Assembly: GCF_009914755.1 (NCBI RefSeq)
Contig: NC_060930.1
Direction: 5' to 3' (one strand)
DNA: 64,000 bases
Source of the DNA: the human T2T-CHM13v2.0 reference genome, Homo sapiens
Positions 57,644 to 64,000 of this stretch are shown piece by piece. The position numbers were made by a program, and so were the translations under genes. Numbering within the stretch: the first letter of the stretch is position 1; each line of letters opens with the position of its first letter. The notes below the pieces were generated by a model that was not told the DNA's origin, ran no database searches, and worked only from the letters and a program-made list of their open reading frames with translations.

Positions 57644-58570
57644 TATTTTTCTTTATAAGTAATTTATTTATTAAAGACCCTGAGCCTTTTGACCTATAAA
57701 ATCTCCTACAGTTTAGATTTGCTAATGATACACTTGGATTTTGTCGAACATATTCTCTGTTTTCTGTACTTCTTCCAAAGCGGTAGCTGTATCCAAGGTT
57801 TGATGAGATTCAGTTTGATTTTCTTAGCAAGATATTAGTGGTGGTGTGTTGTTTCATCAGAAGGTATACAATGTCTTCATGCCTCTCTTTTTGTGATACT
57901 AATGATCATTGATATTCAACACCTGGATCTCTTAATTTATTGAGGGTTGCAAAATAAGGACATTCTGCATCTTTCAATTCTTATTTATGTATTAGCCAAA
58001 ATTATTCTACAAAGAGACATTTCTCCTCCAATTCATTTACCACTGATAGAGTTTACATAAGCAAAGCACAGTATTATACCTTGAACACACCTTAAAGGAC
58101 TCTTTGTCTCCATCATTCATTTGAAAATCATTTTAGTCAGGGTTACCTTTAAAGTTTCTCTTGCCTAAACCATTGTAAATTCTTAGACCTTATATAATGT
58201 AATGTCTTGATATTATAGCACTTGCCAAAGGTCCTTGCTCCCAACCTTTTTCACTTCGAGTCTCCATTTTACAACTGTTCTTCCTACTTCGTTGAAGGCC
58301 CTTCCCAGTCTTTTTTGCAAACTTCTCTTTTTCATCCTCATCTTTTGATGTTAAAGAGGCCCAGCCTCCCAAATTTATATCTCCAGCCTTAGCATCCCCA
58401 CAGAGTCCCACAGCCATTTCAGGATGTCTAATATTCTCAGGCTTAACATGGTCTCCTCTTCTCCAAACCTGCACCCGTTATTCCTTCTCATCTGAGGAGT
58501 CATCCTTATCTCCTCTGTCTCCTGCATTCCCAGTTTCAAAAATTGTCCTTAATCTGATCACTTCTCACCT

Positions 58571-58705
58571 TCAGAGACGTGTGTGTTGTTTTTCTTTAGC
58601 CCAGTCCTGAATTTCTGCTGTAGCAACTATAAGGTAGAAAATTAGGCCAGTCACATTAATGGCTGCCATCAGGATGAAGGTTTTAAACCAGGCGGATTCC
58701 GGATC
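58571..58705 (-). CDS. SLC17A1: SLC17A1 last coding exon (stop 58571-58573; exon ends 58569)
   Basis: Minus strand cttag|GAT CCG GAA ... CGT CTC TGA AG|gtgaga. Confidence 0.93.
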   Translation of the reverse strand, partial: DPESAWFKTFILMAAINVTGLIFYLIVATAEIQDWAKEKQHTRL

Positions 58706-60766
58706 CTAAGGAATTAAAATTCAAAGTAATTGTAAATTATTGCTCTTGTTTTTTTGTTTTGTAATGTTTAAAATGTAATATTAAAAATGTAGACTCAAGT
58801 CACGTAACAAATATGGAAAAACATACTTATACATAGCCGAAAACGTCATCATTTTACTTTATAAAATAATCACTTTTATCTTTCTACTATATACATGTTG
58901 TTTAAAATTCTATTTTCATCAGATATTAAGTTTACTAGTTTCTTATAGTTCATAATTAACTGATTTTTTTAATCTGATCTATTATTTTGAAGTTTTCTGC
59001 ATCTTTTCAAGGTATCTTATGTAGCTGACATATTATTGTATCCTGTAAGCTTATATAGATAAAGAGTGTCTTCATATTTTAATTGGCAAATTTAACATAC
59101 TTTCATCTATTGTAACTATTATTTTGTTAAGATTTATTACTCCCATATTATTTCATATTTTCCATTGCAATCCTTTTTTTTTTAAGTTTTGGATTCGTTT
59201 TGAAGAGAATGAGTTTTCTTCTGCTGGTTTATAAAAGTTAACTATATTACTCATTAAACATTGTTCTTCAGATGTATGCTCGAGTTGAAATAGCTATCAG
59301 AGGAGAACCAGAAAAGTTATTGCAGCTGCAATAATTGACTTCCCAGGCTTGACTTCTGGTCACCAAATATTTGATTTACTCAAATTTCAAATGCTCAGAA
59401 GAGTATTCAGTTTTTCTCTCCTTTTAAAGCTGAGGCAGGGGCAGATGAGAACTGTCTAAGTTAACTTATAGGCAGAGACAATTTTGTACAGTTCTGGAAC
59501 CACATTTCCTTCCACATCTTGGATGTTTGCAGAGAAACTAGCTCCACTAACAACTTTTGGAAGTCAGCTCTGCACACCTGAGTGAACTCAATGGAAGAAT
59601 AAAGGCACTATGCTCAGAGGGAGGAAACAGACCATGGCCACCTGGTGCTTCCCATTTCTAATGAGGCCATTTCTCTGACCAGGGAGCTTCTGTGGTTCTA
59701 GTGATGTTTTCTTCTTTTCTGAAACCATAAATACAGAGATTGTGGTGGTGGAAGACTCCTCTTTATGGGAAATGTGGCCATGGTGGATGCAGACCATCTC
59801 TCCCTGTCCCAACTTTGGGATAAGGAGCATTTGGAGGAATTATCTACACACTACCATTCCTTTGGTTGTAAGTGTTCCTACAAATAAAGTTTATATGTGA
59901 TCCACATGGTGCTAGTGGTATGAAGGTGTAGTCCTTTGTGAGTACAGATTTATGCCAGCATTTCCATTCTGACTCTTCTTATTTGAGTGGCTTTAGGATG
60001 TTATCTCTTATCTTCTGCTTGTTCATTATAACTGAAGACATAGATTACCCAGGATAGGCAAAGACCCAAGGCAGCCAGTGTCTTCAATGGTCATTTACCT
60101 CTCTGGAATCAGGCTATTCTTTCATTTTTAATCTCTGAAATGTTCTTTTGCTTTACTTTTTTTGCAGATGAGGCATGCATTTAAAATAACTGTTAAAATT
60201 TGATAGGGCATTTTCAGTGTCCTTAAAAGGAAGATTTCAGGTAACTTTGTCCATGACATGTGCAAAAACAGAAGTCTGCCTTCATAGTCAGACTTAGATC
60301 AGTCTTTATTCACTTGTGATTTTTCATTCTTTTTTTGAGAAAACTGTATCTTGTTACTTATATTACCACTCAGCCAGTCAAATACCTGTGTTGATCAATC
60401 CACATATTCATTATCAAAAATAACAGAAGTCCACTTCTGTACCAATGGGCAATTACTAAAGAGTTCTCAACATATCTAATTGACAAATAATGAGATAGAA
60501 ATTGCATTATTTGTAGATTTGGAGAGATGCCTGATTTGACCAAATTTATTTTCATATGATGCAAAAACTCATAAGTCATCTCCTTCTGGCATCTTCTCTG
60601 CAATTTTTCATATGCGTAATCTTTCTCTATACAATTAATATTGGAAAAATAACTACACATCTGTATGTTTCTTACCTGCTTAAGGATCAATCCAGTCAAA
60701 GTGGAAGCAATTAGTCCTCCTATCATTCCAGTTAAAGTTGAACATGCTTTAATAAATCCAAAATAT
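58571..60766 (-). CDS. SLC17A1: SLC17A1 (NPT1) C-terminal part, last two coding exons (60676-60766 and 58571-58705); gene continues beyond the window end
   Basis: YFGFIKACSTLTGMIGGLIASTLTGLILKQ | DPESAWFKTFILMAAINVTGLIFYLIVATAEIQDWAKEKQHTRL*. Exon sizes 91 and 135 nt equal the last two SLC17A4 coding exons; recognised NPT1 C-terminus. Confidence 0.93.
60676..60766 (-). CDS. SLC17A1: SLC17A1 penultimate coding exon (91 nt)
   Basis: Minus strand atag|A TAT TTT GGA ... AAG CAG|gtaaga. Confidence 0.93.
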
Positions 60767-62658
60767 CTATGCATAAAAGAGTAATACACAAATGTAAAGT
60801 AGTACAAATACTGCAGGAAATGCAAACCTAATCAAATGAAATTTAAGAGAGATAATTGCTCATTTTGCAAGTTCCTACTTCTCAAATTCCATTAAGATGT
60901 TAGAAAAAGTATATGAATATAGGCAACTTTCTAGTGTCACCACAGAGTCAGAAAGGTTGGCGTTAGCAGTAAAGAATATGATGATATTAATAAAATGGGA
61001 TTATATTTAGAGTGAAACCCAGTAGAATTAGAAAATATGTAAGTTCCATTGAGAAATTCAGAAGGTGATATGTTTTGGTAATGGGAACTGGTTTGGGGTT
61101 AATAAAAAATTGAAGGGCTTTGTTCACCTGGTTTACTCCCATAGGTCCAGAGCTACTGACCTCCAAAATTGCTTCCAATACTCAGGCAAGGAAATCAGAA
61201 GCCTAGTTTACAAGCAACTATAATTGGCCAATCCTGGAAGCTCAAACCAATTCCAGCAGAAAATTAGCTACAAACGCAGTGAAGCTGCAGCGAACGATAG
61301 ATAAAGGGGTCAAACCCATCAGCCATGAAGAGCAAGGTGGTGCTGTTTGGAGAGCAGAATCAGTGTCTAATCAAGAAATGAGTTCACTCCAGGGCTGGGA
61401 GTCCGTTTTTCCTGCCCTGTAGATTTCATCATTAAAGTTCAGTGTGTTCAAGTCCTCCCTTTTATGAGAGGCAGAGTTCAGAGTTTCTTGTTTCTTTTTT
61501 TCTGATCTTCTTATTTCCCTAGTCTTTCTCATTCCTACTCTGCCTTTACATGTTGAGTATGGGAGGAGGTGCCTGTTTTGTTTATTAATTTGTGGGTCCC
61601 TGTTCATAGAGGAGTCACATCAAGACCTAGAGTCCTTGAATGTTAAGCTATATGCAGTCATTGGGTAGGATTAGAGTTGTCTCTTTTTGACGATCTAGGG
61701 AGTGTGTTGTAATGGATGAAGAAGTACATTTATGGTTATGAACATCCACAGGTAGAGCTTGGAATGGAAACTATTAATTGTCCCCACTATTTGTTGTTCT
61801 GTTTTTCATTTCAGCAATAGAACCCCTGGAGTTTAGGTGGGAATTGGGACCACTCATGACTTTTGTGAGCCCTTTCCACTTTTGCTTTCATGAACCTCTT
61901 CCCCCATAAAAATATTAAAAATTATATTTTATGACTGCTCTGGCATAAAGGCAAATACATTAACATTATACATTAAATCATTTTCTTCCACCTACGAGTT
62001 TGTTTTTTATCTTCCAATTTGGAAAAGATTTTCATGAGTTCCTAAAAATATTGTAGGCCATAGGTACCATATCTTCTGTACAACTGGTAGAAATATGATT
62101 ATTAAATTATTAGTGCATTTTAATTTACATATATTCTATATCACATAGGGTATTATTGTTTTCATTTTGCAAATTCAATTATATTAGATTTGCCCTAATA
62201 TTTTTCCTCTCCATTTCTCTTCTTTTGTTCCTATATTTCTGTGATTATTTATATGAAATTATTATTCTGTGATTATTTATCTGTAATTATTTCATTTCTG
62301 CCTGAAGAATTCTCATTTAGTAATCCTTTCATTGGAGGTCTATGGCTGCTGAATTCTCTCAGTTTGCCTCGAAATGTTATTTTAACTTAGTTCTTCAAGG
62401 AAAGTTTTTGCTGGATATAGACTTCTAGGTTAACAGTAATTTTCCTTTTTGCATTTTAGAGATATCAATTGATTGGCTCTGGCTTTCATTGTTTCTGTTA
62501 AGAAGGCAGATGTCAATTCTATTATTGCTTTTTTGGAAGTAATGAGCCTTTTCTAGGTGGCTGTTTTAAAGATTTTGTTCTCTCTCAGTCTCTCTCTCTC
62601 TTTCTGTCACCTCCTCCCATTCAATTTTAGCAGTTTCACTAGATAGGTTTAGGTGTGA

Positions 62659-63019
<361 letters not shown>

Positions 63020-63846
63020 CCGCAGGCATTTTTAAGATAGGTCTTGAACTGAATAAATCAAATAAATACATGTCCTCATTTCTCTAGCACTGAGTTTGTG
63101 TAGATCTAGTGGGCAAGCTTCTTTATAAAATTGTAAGAAAGTGAGTTATTCTTGGTTGATTTTGCCTGTCTACCCCAAGGCCACTGCTCTACAAAACTTC
63201 AGAAAATTCTGTTCATATTGGATTTATGTTCTCCAGAGAGTACTAACCCCACAAGGTACAATGTGAACAGTGTTCCCTGAGAGTTGAAAATGACAGAGCT
63301 ACTTCTGTTAGTCACACTTATTATATCTCTAGAGGAGATATAATATCTTGAAAATAACATCTTGAAAAGAGCAAGTTTTTTGCCAAACAGGTCTGGATTA
63401 AAATCCTAGGTAAAATTTCAGACCAGTGGTGAGATTTTGAGCTCAAAATTAAGTATCTGAACCTCAGTTTCTTTAGTTGTAAGGTAAATATGATTAACTG
63501 GTAGGTTGTTATGAGAATTAATAATATATGAATATGGACATAATAGCAATAATTATGGAGCAGCTAACCCTTACACAGTGCTTGCCAGAGTATGCCAGGT
63601 ACTATTCTATATACTTGACCTACATTAACTTATTCAATTATCTTAATTACTCTATGAGTAAACGTTCTCTTATTAATCCATTTTATGTGTGAAAAAAATC
63701 ATCAGAGAGAAGGTAAATAATTTGTTTGATATAAATGGCTGTGCTGATATTGAAATTCAACTGTCTAACTCTAGAATCTGTGCTTCTAATCATAAGGATA
63801 TACTTTTCACATACGTATATGACAGATGCATACATCTGAATATATC

Positions 63847-63897
63847 GTTAATGATTAATATCATTAATGATTAACATATCATTAATTAATGATTATA
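63847..63897. promoter_or_regulatory. Tandem cluster of HNF1-consensus sites in an SLC17A1 intron
   Basis: GTTAATGATTAAT (63847-63859) and ATTAATGATTAAC (63863-63875), each one mismatch from GTTAATNATTAAC; weaker third site at 63885. Confidence 0.5.
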
Positions 63898-64000
63898 TCT
63901 GACTTATATAGATATTTCTTCAGAACTTTTGGCCTGGTGGCTATGAACAACAATGTAGCTTAACTATCCAGAATTCTCAGCAGAAACCTTACAAGCCAGA

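Overview
Primate (almost certainly human, chr6p22.2) genomic DNA. The + strand carries the complete SLC17A4 gene (SLC17/MFS organic-anion transporter). I traced 11 coding exons between 21734 and 38973; all have GT-AG boundaries, consistent phases and a total of 1494 nt (497 aa + stop). A probable non-coding first exon ends at 14558, next to HNF1/HNF4/CDX-like motifs. The - strand carries the 3' end of the convergent paralog SLC17A1 (NPT1): its last two coding exons (60676-60766, 58571-58705) and a probable non-coding terminal exon (~42690-42993) reached across a ~15.6 kb 3'-UTR intron. Most of the rest is interspersed repeat (Alus, L1/L2 fragments, a HERV-K(HML-2) LTR5 solo LTR, MaLR/ERV1 LTRs, DNA transposons) plus microsatellites. 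I see no new gene system, CRISPR array or structural RNA gene. The best candidates for undescribed biology are regulatory: a back-to-back two-uORF leader in SLC17A4, a tandem HNF1-site array in an SLC17A1 intron, a 27-bp repeat that creates palindromic forkhead sites, a 61-nt near-perfect intronic hairpin and a 109-bp inverted duplication. Repeat subfamily names are from memory and need RepeatMasker/Dfam confirmation.
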